Part shown: one piece after another, positions 56,501-63,718 of the stretch | Layout: each line of letters begins with the position of its first letter | Position numbering within the stretch: the stretch's first letter is position 1 | Source: an uncultured Methanomassiliicoccales archaeon | Lineage (GTDB): Archaea > Thermoplasmatota > Thermoplasmata > Methanomassiliicoccales > UBA472 | NCBI GenBank assembly: GCA_942492955.1 | Contig: OW818644.1 | Coordinates: 962,327-1,026,326 of the forward strand | Reading direction: 5' to 3' | DNA length: 64,000 nt | Position numbers and translations under genes: made by a program | The notes under the pieces: generated by a model | What the model was told of the DNA's origin: nothing | The model's database searches: none | The model's input: only the letters and a program-made list of their open reading frames with translations

Positions 56501-57926
56501 TGCGGTCGCATGAGTCCAGCACGTCCTTGTCCTTGCCGATGTGTTTGTAGGACTCCTTGATGCAGATGAGCGGAGCCTCGTTGGATGGCTGAACCTTGGC
56601 CGCTTTCTCGAAAGGTTTCAACGCGTCCCGGTATCGGGTCGACTTCATGTAAGCGGATCCCAGGTCCATGAGCGCCTGGAAGTCCTCCTTCTCCTTGGCC
56701 AGTTTTGCCTCGGCCAGCGTAATGACCCCTTCCATGTTGCCGGTCTGGAGCATGATCTTGCGCTTCCGGGCCAGCAGCTCGTCGTCCAGCGGGTACTTGG
56801 CAAGGGCGGACTGGATCGCATCGGAGGCTTCATCGAACCTGCCCAGTCGGAACAATGAATCGATCCGTTCCATGAAGACCGAACGTTCCTCCACCTTGCG
56901 GTCGATGAGCTTTCCGGAAAATTGGGCAATCTCATCATCGGCACCGTTCTTCTTCGCGACCTGCAACTTACCATTGATCGCCATTACCAGCTCGGGATCT
57001 ATGCTAAGCGCCCGATCGTAGGCGATCGAGGATTCCTCCAGCCTTCCCAGGTCGAACAACAGCGCGGCGACCTCGGTCCAGGTGAACTTGTTCTGCCCGT
57101 CGCTGCGGAGGGATTCCTTGTACTGGGCCAGCGCCGCGGCGTTATCGCTTTTATCCTTGAAGCCGCGGGCCTTGTAGAGATGAGCGAGAGCGTTGGATGA
57201 ATCGCGGGCCAGGACATCATCGAATATGAGCATCGCCTGGTCGGTCCTTTTGAGCAGGTTCAGGATCTCGCCCTTCCTGAGCATCAGCTCGGCCGTACGG
57301 GGCATGAGTGTGACGGCCTGATCGATGGCGAGCAAGGCTTCCTCGTACCGTTCCTGAGAGACGAGCAGGTCTGCCTTCTTCCGAAGCAGCGGCGCCTTGT
57401 CCTCGGTTCTCTGTATCATCCGGTCGAGAATCGAGATGTCTGACGGATCGAGCTCGTTCGCCTTCTTCAGGCAGAACATGACCATGTCCTGCCTCCCCAA
57501 TTGGTCGTACAGATCGGCCTTGAAAAGCCAGGTATTCTTGTCCGAACCGGGTTGCTGGGTCGCCTTGTCCAATACTGTGATGGCCTGAGCGATGTCTCCC
57601 TTCTTTTCCAATGCACGCGCTGAAGCCAATAATGCCGACAGATCATTGGGGGAATTCCTGATCGCCAGATCGGCTGCGTTTACAGCATCCAAGGACATCC
57701 CGCAATCGAGATAGTCCTTTGACAGCCTGACCAGCGCCTCCACCAGGACCGCTTGCTGTTCGGGTTCTACGATCGCTCCAAGCAGAGAGTCTCTTGCCTT
57801 TGTGAGTTCGGATATAGCCGCGTCTAGGTTTCTTGCGAGAATGTAACGCTCCGCCGCATCCATCGATTTCTGCGCCTTTCGGACCGCCCGGATATCGGTC
57901 TCTTTGCCTGGGGTCAGGAGTCCCAT
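53520..57926 (-). CDS. Giant (1468-aa) TPR-repeat protein with a C-terminal Cys/His zinc-finger module
   Basis: Roughly 30 consecutive 34-aa TPR-like units (recurrent A..yD.AL.ldP....a...kG.al...gry.eA). After a linker comes CLFHGEAAVTACSKCSSLLCEECVRGGLCPRCH (53670-53768). Confidence 0.8.
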   Translation of the reverse strand: MGLLTPGKETDIRAVRKAQKSMDAAERYILARNLDAAISELTKARDSLLGAIVEPEQQAVLVEALVRLSKDYLDCGMSLDAVNAADLAIRNSPNDLSALLASARALEKKGDIAQAITVLDKATQQPGSDKNTWLFKADLYDQLGRQDMVMFCLKKANELDPSDISILDRMIQRTEDKAPLLRKKADLLVSQERYEEALLAIDQAVTLMPRTAELMLRKGEILNLLKRTDQAMLIFDDVLARDSSNALAHLYKARGFKDKSDNAAALAQYKESLRSDGQNKFTWTEVAALLFDLGRLEESSIAYDRALSIDPELVMAINGKLQVAKKNGADDEIAQFSGKLIDRKVEERSVFMERIDSLFRLGRFDEASDAIQSALAKYPLDDELLARKRKIMLQTGNMEGVITLAEAKLAKEKEDFQALMDLGSAYMKSTRYRDALKPFEKAAKVQPSNEAPLICIKESYKHIGKDKDVLDSCDRILKVNPVNEGALFDKAVALDRMNRKDDAVELYEQVMALDPDDKDNLKDLSLALYSMGRFEESLARSTLGTQMYPNQVAFWRVQGDSNFALKRYADAVTSFTNAVKLSPGEKRLIYSRGLALENAKRFEEAVASYDEALAIDPKDKGVWLSKGVALEWLHRFPQALDCYEEALRLDSSNKFVHIRMGQVLAKMDDHESAIRSFDKALELAPKDVGLLEMKKISLKHTDRLEELVKVCNRIIKLDGKNRNAYVDLGVASHRLSRFDDAIESFDAALGMEPGNVVILNYKKTSVVAKGVAEEIIDVCDSILKVAPSDKPAMMDKAFALERLGSLAEANDTYSMALAVDDRDKELHNRKGLVLIGLGRYADAVVEFDRTFALDNSDLMPLNNKGRAYLLMRDYERALQVFDQCVSAQPGNARFQSDRGRALASLGNLSEAVDAFDAALAVDKGDPQVWKYKGNVMFKLGQFQDCVVCLNRALELGAEEQGIYKAKGRALEELKRYNDALDSFLRAVALDPSDASAWERIAVIRMQLDDPTNAYEAIKKALACDPKNKRMLMEKGDICQRLVRPEEAIKSYDGAIALDQSDPFAYFGRGVSFLKLRRYAEAQDSLRTALELNPNFDQARDSLKVAEQKLHEIEVLNQATSVLECEYRQNRRMSKEEMFKECGIPYNSLDEVSTFLDQREPVNVELLNDADLDQYEEDSRYVLMAAARNPRVKESGLGLSDVMMALPGKDIVRAKKVLSYVERVNKMDMSHTIMDARTEKLLRTAMNLPDEKRNVMGIIETLGVGIFTARRLMSVIKTLRTNEPKQAPVEAEEAPKLKHRPVNPKEWVESEEPVALPEQRPRRARPEPKQAPVVEYQVESGVPVMEKKSSREPIMFGDEQKDLYQTFYNPEKRPVAKVEAADVQGRRCLFHGEAAVTACSKCSSLLCEECVRGGLCPRCHAPIEGAVKVKKAAAPKKDPRAILEESQGEEPEAVPESEEDRQSKDWSRL

Positions 57927-58186
57927 CCCATCACCGTTGGGCCGATAATCGGCGTGATTGCACTAAAACCTTTTCCTAGATTCTTGTGAAAATATAATGT
58001 CCGCTGAATTTGGCAATCTGTCGGACGATGAATAATTGATGAAATCATATGTTCGATCCCAATATGATAATTAATTGAGCGTGACTGGTATAGAAAAATG
58101 TGGAGAAATAAAAAACATTAAATAGACAATATCCAATATACTATACGTCTGACGCAAGTCGGACGAAAACTCTAGGATGGGATGCA

Positions 58187-58363
58187 ATGGGGCTAGAGGA
58201 GATATCGGCACAATATGATATCGACCTGGAAGTGCTGGAGTGGATGAAAACCCATTCCATAAATGACCTGACGCACATCGCAGAGGGCATGGATGCTAAA
58301 GGGATCGACCTCAAAGAGCTTTGGTGCCTCATCAATGACCTACGTCTTATGGAAGACAACTAG
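58187..58363 (+). CDS. Small acidic helical protein (58 aa), below the ORF-track length cut-off
   Basis: My own translation: MGLEEISAQYDIDLEVLEWMKTHSINDLTHIAEGMDAKGIDLKELWCLINDLRLMEDN*. TATA-like ACATTAAATAG upstream. A GGACGA/TCGTCC hairpin plus a T-rich tract lies downstream. Confidence 0.4.
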   Translation: MGLEEISAQYDIDLEVLEWMKTHSINDLTHIAEGMDAKGIDLKELWCLINDLRLMEDN

Positions 58364-58498
58364 GCCGTTGATCTGACAACAATGCCTGTTCCGGTAACGA
58401 CTCGGAGGACGACGGAGGATGGGACCTTCGTCCCCACCCCAAATTTCTTACTTTATTTTTAACAGATGCATTGTTTCATTAAGGACTAACAACAATAG

Positions 58499-58945
58499 TT
58501 GGTACAGATCATGGTGAAATCCTTGTTGGGCTCGGTCATCGAAGACCCTGTCGACATCGAGCTCATTGGTTGGTTCATGCTGATGGTCGGAGCGATCAGC
58601 TTCATCTTTGGAATGATGGCAGCGTTAGCAGGATTAACCGTTGAGATGAACGGATCGGTCGTAGGGAAGCTTTTGCTGTTCGTAACTATCGGAACTCTTG
58701 CCATATGGTCAGGGTCCAAAGCGATGAGATGGGCGAAGACTGGATCCATAAAGAACGTCGACGGGATCGCCAAGGCCGGACCGTTGACACTGATCGTCGC
58801 GGTCATAATGATCTTCGTCGTCATGATGATGGCGGCCCCCAACCTTCTAGCGGTGGAGTTCCAGTGGCTGATGGCAGCCGGCCTGATCACCATCCTGTTG
58901 GTCTGGCTGCAAAAGAGCCGGAAACCGACCGCTCGACCGACGTAG
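58499..58945 (+). CDS. Hypothetical four-TM membrane protein
   Basis: 148-aa ORF with four hydrophobic segments. No family recognised. Confidence 0.5.
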   Translation: MVQIMVKSLLGSVIEDPVDIELIGWFMLMVGAISFIFGMMAALAGLTVEMNGSVVGKLLLFVTIGTLAIWSGSKAMRWAKTGSIKNVDGIAKAGPLTLIVAVIMIFVVMMMAAPNLLAVEFQWLMAAGLITILLVWLQKSRKPTARPT

Positions 58946-59011
58946 TCATGAACGATTTTGATTCTCCATCAGACACAGAAGAAGGCTGGCCATTCCCACG
59001 ACGATAGAAGT

Positions 59012-59021
59012 TTTTTATATC
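59012..59021 (+). promoter_or_regulatory. TATA box (TTTTTTATAT) for the tRNA gene
   Basis: Located about 26-35 nt upstream of tRNA position 1 (59047). Confidence 0.5.
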
Positions 59022-59046
59022 AATGAATCATTAGGTCGCCCAACTC

Positions 59047-59142
59047 GCAGGTGTAATCTAGCGGTTAGGATTTTAGCCTTCCAATCCCCAGTAATGGGGA
59101 CGAGGCTAGCTAAACACTCGGGTTCGAATCCCGACACCTGCA
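59047..59142 (+). tRNA. tRNA-Gly (anticodon UCC, 59080-59082) with a 24-nt intron at the canonical 37/38 position (59084-59107)
   Basis: Folded by hand. Acceptor GCAGGTG/CACCTGC. D-arm ATCT-AGCGGTTA-GGAT. Anticodon stem TTAGC/GCTAA with loop CTTCCA|intron|A. T-arm TCGGG-TTCGAAT-CCCGA. Discriminator A. The intron has a CCCCA-gtaa-TGGGG hairpin, and its GGCTA can pair with exon TAGCC (BHB-like). Oligo-T follows. Confidence 0.8.
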
Positions 59143-59145
59143 CTT

Positions 59146-59532
59146 TTATGCATACCCAGCCATCCATTTTTTGTCGTCAATCAAGGGGTTTTTGACATTT
59201 TCGCATCTGGCTACCTCTTGAGGTTTTAGCTCGTTTCTATACACTTTCTGAGCGTCGGAGATAGCAGATTCGGATGTCTTACGGCAGTAATACTTCTCTG
59301 TGGTCTTAGAGCTCGAATGCCCCATCATCCTTGATATCGAATCGATAGGGACACCGAGATCTACGTTCATCTGTCCAAATGTGCGACGGCATGCTCTGTT
59401 ATCGTATTTCACGCCCGTATCAGCGGTTACCCTTGCTCTTAAGACCGTCAAGCTGTTCTGAGCGAAGTATCCGTCTCCTCCCTTCTTGACGTCCTGTATA
59501 GCGGGGAACAATGCTTCACAGGTTGGCGTGTC
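59146..59532 (-). pseudogene. int: Truncated tyrosine recombinase/integrase; only the C-terminal catalytic portion remains
   Basis: Retains the HxxR-like CRRTFGQM and MGHSSSKTTEKYY (catalytic Tyr region). Lacks the N-terminal domain and the box-I Arg. The frame is closed by a stop at 59533-59535. Ends 3 nt from the tRNA 3' end. Confidence 0.7.
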
Positions 59533-59601
59533 TCACCCTAAGGCGGAATGACCTACCAAATACACGCCTTGTCCATTACAACCCCATGACTTCCTTCTGG
59601 T

Positions 59602-60144
59602 CTACACTTTCTTGCCCATCTCGTAGGCCTGTTGCATAAGGGCGGTTCCTTTGACATCCCCTTTCTGCCATAGGCCGGCCCCGCGAATGACCCCCATCTC
59701 CTTTGCGCCCTCGAGACAGCAGTCAGTGAACCCCCTGAGTCCCTCGAACGTCCGCTCTAAGGAAGCTGCGTTGTTATCCGCGGCGGTCGCGACGAAATAG
59801 AATTCCTTGTTGACGATCTCGGTATATCTCGCGGCAGTCCTGTCGATGAGGGTCTTCATCTGAGAGTCCATGGTATAGAAGTATACTGGTGTAGCCATAA
59901 CAATGACGTCCGAATCGATCATCTTGTCGAGGATATGGGCCATGTCATCCTTCTGCGAACATACTCCCTTGTTCTTCTGGCAGTGGTCGCACGCCACGCA
60001 ATAGCCGATCTTCTTCTCCCTGAGGAAGATCTTCTCCGCTCGGTGACCGGACTCCTTCGCACCTAAGACGAACTGATCGCACAAAACGTCTGAATTCCCT
60101 CCCAATCTGGGGCTTGCCGATAGCACTAGGACCTTTTTGCTCAT
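59602..60144 (-). CDS. Flavodoxin-like-fold FMN reductase / iron-sulfur flavoprotein-like protein
   Basis: MSKKVLVLSASPRLGGNS..., a Cys cluster CVACDHCQKNKGVC, and VMATPVYFYTM. Confidence 0.75.
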   Translation of the reverse strand: MSKKVLVLSASPRLGGNSDVLCDQFVLGAKESGHRAEKIFLREKKIGYCVACDHCQKNKGVCSQKDDMAHILDKMIDSDVIVMATPVYFYTMDSQMKTLIDRTAARYTEIVNKEFYFVATAADNNAASLERTFEGLRGFTDCCLEGAKEMGVIRGAGLWQKGDVKGTALMQQAYEMGKKV

Positions 60145-60197
60145 TGAATCATTCCTTGTCCTCGTATTCAAACGGGAGATACAAGAAGTATTATGTA

Positions 60198-60219
60198 TGT
60201 TAGTAAGTGATAACTAACA
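60198..60219. promoter_or_regulatory. Inverted repeat TGTTAGT-N8-ACTAACA in the divergent flavoprotein/TetR intergenic region; candidate TetR operator
   Basis: Perfect 7-bp arms, read directly. Ends 12 nt upstream of the TetR start codon. Confidence 0.4.
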
Positions 60220-60231
60220 AAGGCGTGACAA

Positions 60232-60849
60232 ATGCAACAAGAACGCAGGAGCACAGAAGCAAGACAGGAGGAGATCCTCGAGGTTGCCCTTCAGATCGTT
60301 TCCGAAAAGGGGATCCATGCGCTGACGCTCCGAGAGCTTTCTGCGCGAATTGGAATATCCGAGGCGGCATTATTTCGCCATTTCGATAATAAGGAAAATA
60401 TCGTTAATTCACTTGCGGAGTGGGTATTCAATGAATATCTTGTCGATGAGAAGAGAGTGAACAAAGAGGTGCGAGAGGAATTGGCCGATCTGATGAAGCA
60501 CCAGTTCTTGAGATTTCAGCGATATCCACAAGTGACATCGGTTCTGTTCCAAGAAGATATCTTCAGAGAATATCCTCAAGCGAAACGGATTTTCGACGAG
60601 CGACGTAAACAACGTGCCGACCAAATAGCGCAGATGATCCGAACAGCGAAATCCAATGGTGAGATCGGACCGGAGGTGAACGATACTATCTTTGCGCTCA
60701 TTTTCATGGGAGCTCTGCGGATGGCGGTATTGGAGTGGCGCAGTGCCGACTTCGCCTACGACCTGGCATCTCAGGAAGAATCCATTACGCGCGAGCTCTT
60801 CAAGATGTTACCCTCAACAGCTCAAAAAGGTGTGAAGGAGCGTGGTTGA
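60232..60849 (+). CDS. TetR/AcrR-family transcriptional regulator
   Basis: N-terminal HTH: RQEEILEVALQIVSEKGIHALTLRELSARIGISEAALFRHF. Confidence 0.85.
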   Translation: MQQERRSTEARQEEILEVALQIVSEKGIHALTLRELSARIGISEAALFRHFDNKENIVNSLAEWVFNEYLVDEKRVNKEVREELADLMKHQFLRFQRYPQVTSVLFQEDIFREYPQAKRIFDERRKQRADQIAQMIRTAKSNGEIGPEVNDTIFALIFMGALRMAVLEWRSADFAYDLASQEESITRELFKMLPSTAQKGVKERG

Positions 60850-61621
60850 GATGCCGATCAACCCATTGCCCATGGTCGTTGGTCTGACGTTTGCATTCTC
60901 TGCGATCATTGCAACCTTCTTACTGATGCGAAAAGGCAGATTGACGGCCCCGATGCGTCTGGTGATCCAAGGCTCAGCCATATTGATAGGGTTCCTTTTC
61001 CTCGCCCCGATGTTCCCGCTGCAGATCCAACAGATAATATTAGGCAACAGCCAACAGCCGATCCCCATCTGGGGATTGATGATCGTCCTCGGGGTCATAA
61101 TACTTACATCCTTCATGTTCGGGAGAACATTCTGCGGGTATGGTTGTCCGATTGGTACACTGCAGGAGTTGACATATGGGATCCCCGCCCCGAAATTTGT
61201 ACCTCACGATTCCCGAGTCACACATTTATTTCGCGCCATTGTCTTAGCGACCATGATAATCTTGGGGGTTGGATTCACATTTAGCGTATTGGGCATTCTG
61301 GGAATAAAGGAGTTCTTTAGCCTCGACATCGCGTCCACCGGCGCAATGGTGTTCGCAGTTGTGCTGATCGGGTCGGTCTTCTATTATCGTCCGTTCTGCA
61401 GGCTGGCATGCCCCTTCGGTGTCTTCCAGGCGCTGGCATCGCGAACCCCGCGCTATGCGATTCGCCGGACGAAAGCGTGTGTGGAATGCAATAAATGCGA
61501 ACGGGTCTGTCCCACAAACCAGGCCAAGATCGGATCCAGCAAGGCCGAATGCTACCTTTGCATGCGTTGTATAGATGCCTGTCCAAAAGGAGCACTGGTC
61601 TTTGACAAAGAGGAAAAATGA
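60842..61621 (+). CDS. Membrane-bound 4Fe-4S polyferredoxin (NapH/MauN-like)
   Basis: TM segments plus CxxCP-type motifs (FCGYGCPIG, FCRLACPFG) and two ferredoxin motifs (CVECNKCERVCP, CYLCMRCIDACP). 8-nt overlap with the TetR gene. Confidence 0.75.
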   Translation: MVEMPINPLPMVVGLTFAFSAIIATFLLMRKGRLTAPMRLVIQGSAILIGFLFLAPMFPLQIQQIILGNSQQPIPIWGLMIVLGVIILTSFMFGRTFCGYGCPIGTLQELTYGIPAPKFVPHDSRVTHLFRAIVLATMIILGVGFTFSVLGILGIKEFFSLDIASTGAMVFAVVLIGSVFYYRPFCRLACPFGVFQALASRTPRYAIRRTKACVECNKCERVCPTNQAKIGSSKAECYLCMRCIDACPKGALVFDKEEK

Positions 61622-61751
61622 GATGTTGACCCATCATTCATTGAAAATCGTCGATGAAGGTAATGACATCTCCTCGCGGTCTACCTGAGGATTCTGTGCG
61701 ATTTCCCACACGTTCGACCTGAACAGGGCAAGGCCTTGAAGCCTGACCAAA

Positions 61752-63200
61752 TCAGGGAAAGAATGTGAAGTTCCTGAATTGCCACATGTCCTCGTCCGGA
61801 TGGTTAGCAAGATTTTCCTTGAAGTAGACCTTCCTGTTCTTGAGCGGAGTCCAATCCGATGGCACCGAGAGGAACTTTCCAAGGTAGGGCATGGCGATCT
61901 TGAGCACGTAGTCGTGTGGCAGGTCCTCGGGGGTGCAAAGACCCTCGCGGGGATGCTCGATCATCCACATGACCGCGGACACCACCCCCAATGCCACCTG
62001 TACAGTGGTCGCGTTCTGTCCTGGGGCGAGCTTCCTGGCCTCCTCGATGGTGAGAAGGCTCCCGCACCACCATGCACCGTACTCGTGGCCCATCAGCAGA
62101 GCGCCGAGTATGTCTGCGCCAGAGACTATCTCGTTCTCCCTCAGGATCCTGAGCTTTGGTTGCAACTCGTAGTTCCTGCACCTCAGTTCATGCAGGGAGA
62201 CTATCGTCTCATTGCACGGCATGTAGGAATAGCAGACCGTTGGACGGTAGATGGCCTCACCGTTCTTCCATACGGTGAACTTGTCCGATAGCCCGAAGGC
62301 CTCTCCGTGCCTTATGGCCATCCCGACTATCTCATAATCGGGGACCCAGGACCTCACCCAGGTATTCATTCCCATCTGGGCTAGCATGATCTGGTTCCTC
62401 GGCCCGGTCGAGGGCACAAAGGCCATTGGTGGCAATGTGTTCTCGTGCGTACCCCAGCCGATCTCCGCGGGAGCGGTTCCCTCCTCCCTCAGTCCTTCGA
62501 TGCTCCAAGTCCCGACGAACTCGTCGATCTTCTTGGGATTGTTCGTGATCTGGGTGTCCCTCTCTGAGCAATGGATGACCCTTATGTTCAGAGACATGGA
62601 AAGGTCGGCAAAATTACGCTCCTCCACCAGGGTTCTGAGGTGTTCAGCCTCCTTACCGTTCACCTTCTTGTCGGCGATCAACCTCTCCGATATGTCGATG
62701 AGGGCTTGTTTCACGAAGTGTGATATCAGGCCCGGGTTTGCACCATGGTCGATGACCGATGTCACCCCGTCATCCCAGCCCCTGATCATTTCTCTAAGGC
62801 GTATCTGCCTGCTATAGAGCGACTTCTCGACCGGCCCCTTGGACTCTATGTCACTGACCGAGTCCCAGACCTCCAGCGACGTGTTCACGAACAGCACTTC
62901 GTGCTCGTGGCACCATTTTATGAGAGTGCAGGTGTCCAGGTTCCATGACAGATCGATGAGGAGTCCGCCTGGCGATAGGTGCTCTGAGAGGACGGAATCG
63001 ATGTTCTCAGGCGTTATTCTCACCTGTCGGTATCCGATTCCCTGGCTGGTCCATTCGCTCAGGGCAGAGACCTTGTTCTCGAAATCGATTACGGTAATGT
63101 TGCAATAAGGCATCTCTACGTGCTTCAGAAGGATGGGGAGGGTGCATCTCGCTACAGAGCCATATCCAATTATCAACACCTTGCCATCAAATTTCATCAT
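61752..63200 (-). CDS. hss: Homospermidine synthase-like enzyme (saccharopine dehydrogenase fold)
   Basis: 482 aa with an N-terminal Rossmann motif KVLIIGYGSVARC. Length and blocks (HGANPGLISHF, EIGWGTHE) are as I recall them for bacterial-type HSS. Confidence 0.6.
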   Translation of the reverse strand: MMKFDGKVLIIGYGSVARCTLPILLKHVEMPYCNITVIDFENKVSALSEWTSQGIGYRQVRITPENIDSVLSEHLSPGGLLIDLSWNLDTCTLIKWCHEHEVLFVNTSLEVWDSVSDIESKGPVEKSLYSRQIRLREMIRGWDDGVTSVIDHGANPGLISHFVKQALIDISERLIADKKVNGKEAEHLRTLVEERNFADLSMSLNIRVIHCSERDTQITNNPKKIDEFVGTWSIEGLREEGTAPAEIGWGTHENTLPPMAFVPSTGPRNQIMLAQMGMNTWVRSWVPDYEIVGMAIRHGEAFGLSDKFTVWKNGEAIYRPTVCYSYMPCNETIVSLHELRCRNYELQPKLRILRENEIVSGADILGALLMGHEYGAWWCGSLLTIEEARKLAPGQNATTVQVALGVVSAVMWMIEHPREGLCTPEDLPHDYVLKIAMPYLGKFLSVPSDWTPLKNRKVYFKENLANHPDEDMWQFRNFTFFP

Positions 63201-63384
63201 CGGAACTAATCCTGTTCAACCTTTGAGAACTCTTCGTTGAATGCCTCCAAATTATTTAAGTTTAAGAGAAGGGGGATTTGGACAGACGGCCTCAGATCGA
63301 TAAACGCTGAACGAAAAGCCGTTAGATTCTGAGCTACCTCGCCAGACCAATAACAGCATATTCAATAACCATGTTACGCGGGAT

Positions 63385-63717
63385 ATGCTGTCCGTGGCCT
63401 GGGTCTATCTTTTGGCGGCTGGCCTCATGGAGCCTTGCTGGGTCATTGGAATGAAGAAGTCCTCAGGGTTCAAAAAGGTGAAATGGACCATTGCGACGAT
63501 CTTCTTCATTTTCGCCAGCATGTATCTGTTGGCGTTGGCCATAGATATGGATCTCCCGGTAGGTACGGCCTATGCCGTTTGGACCGGAATAGGCGCGGTG
63601 GGAGCCCTGGTGGCCGGGATAGTCCTATTCAAGGAACGGGCAACCTGGATCAGGATCTTCTTCATAATGCTCCTGATCGTGGGCATTGTCGGGGTCGAGA
63701 TCACCGCGGGGGTGTGA
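63385..63717 (+). CDS. Small multidrug resistance (SMR; SugE/Gdx-like) protein, subunit 1 of a pair
   Basis: 110 aa, four TM segments, with the membrane-embedded Glu in LLAAGLMEPCWVIGMK. Confidence 0.85.
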   Translation: MLSVAWVYLLAAGLMEPCWVIGMKKSSGFKKVKWTIATIFFIFASMYLLALAIDMDLPVGTAYAVWTGIGAVGALVAGIVLFKERATWIRIFFIMLLIVGIVGVEITAGV

Positions 63718-63718
63718 G

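Noticed and set aside
53520-57926. Possible DNA-level tandem repeat or CRISPR-like periodicity in the TPR gene.
   Set aside because: The periodicity is at the protein level (34-aa TPR units) with diverged nucleotide sequence. No identical direct repeats with unique spacers were seen anywhere in the window.
59146-59511. SSV-type split integrase (int(N)/int(C) flanking a provirus).
   Set aside because: In SSV-type integration the att site lies inside int, so the fragment should overlap the tRNA sequence. Here the ORF ends 3 nt outside the tRNA and no int(N) partner is seen. Simple truncation of a conventional tyrosine recombinase is the more economical reading.
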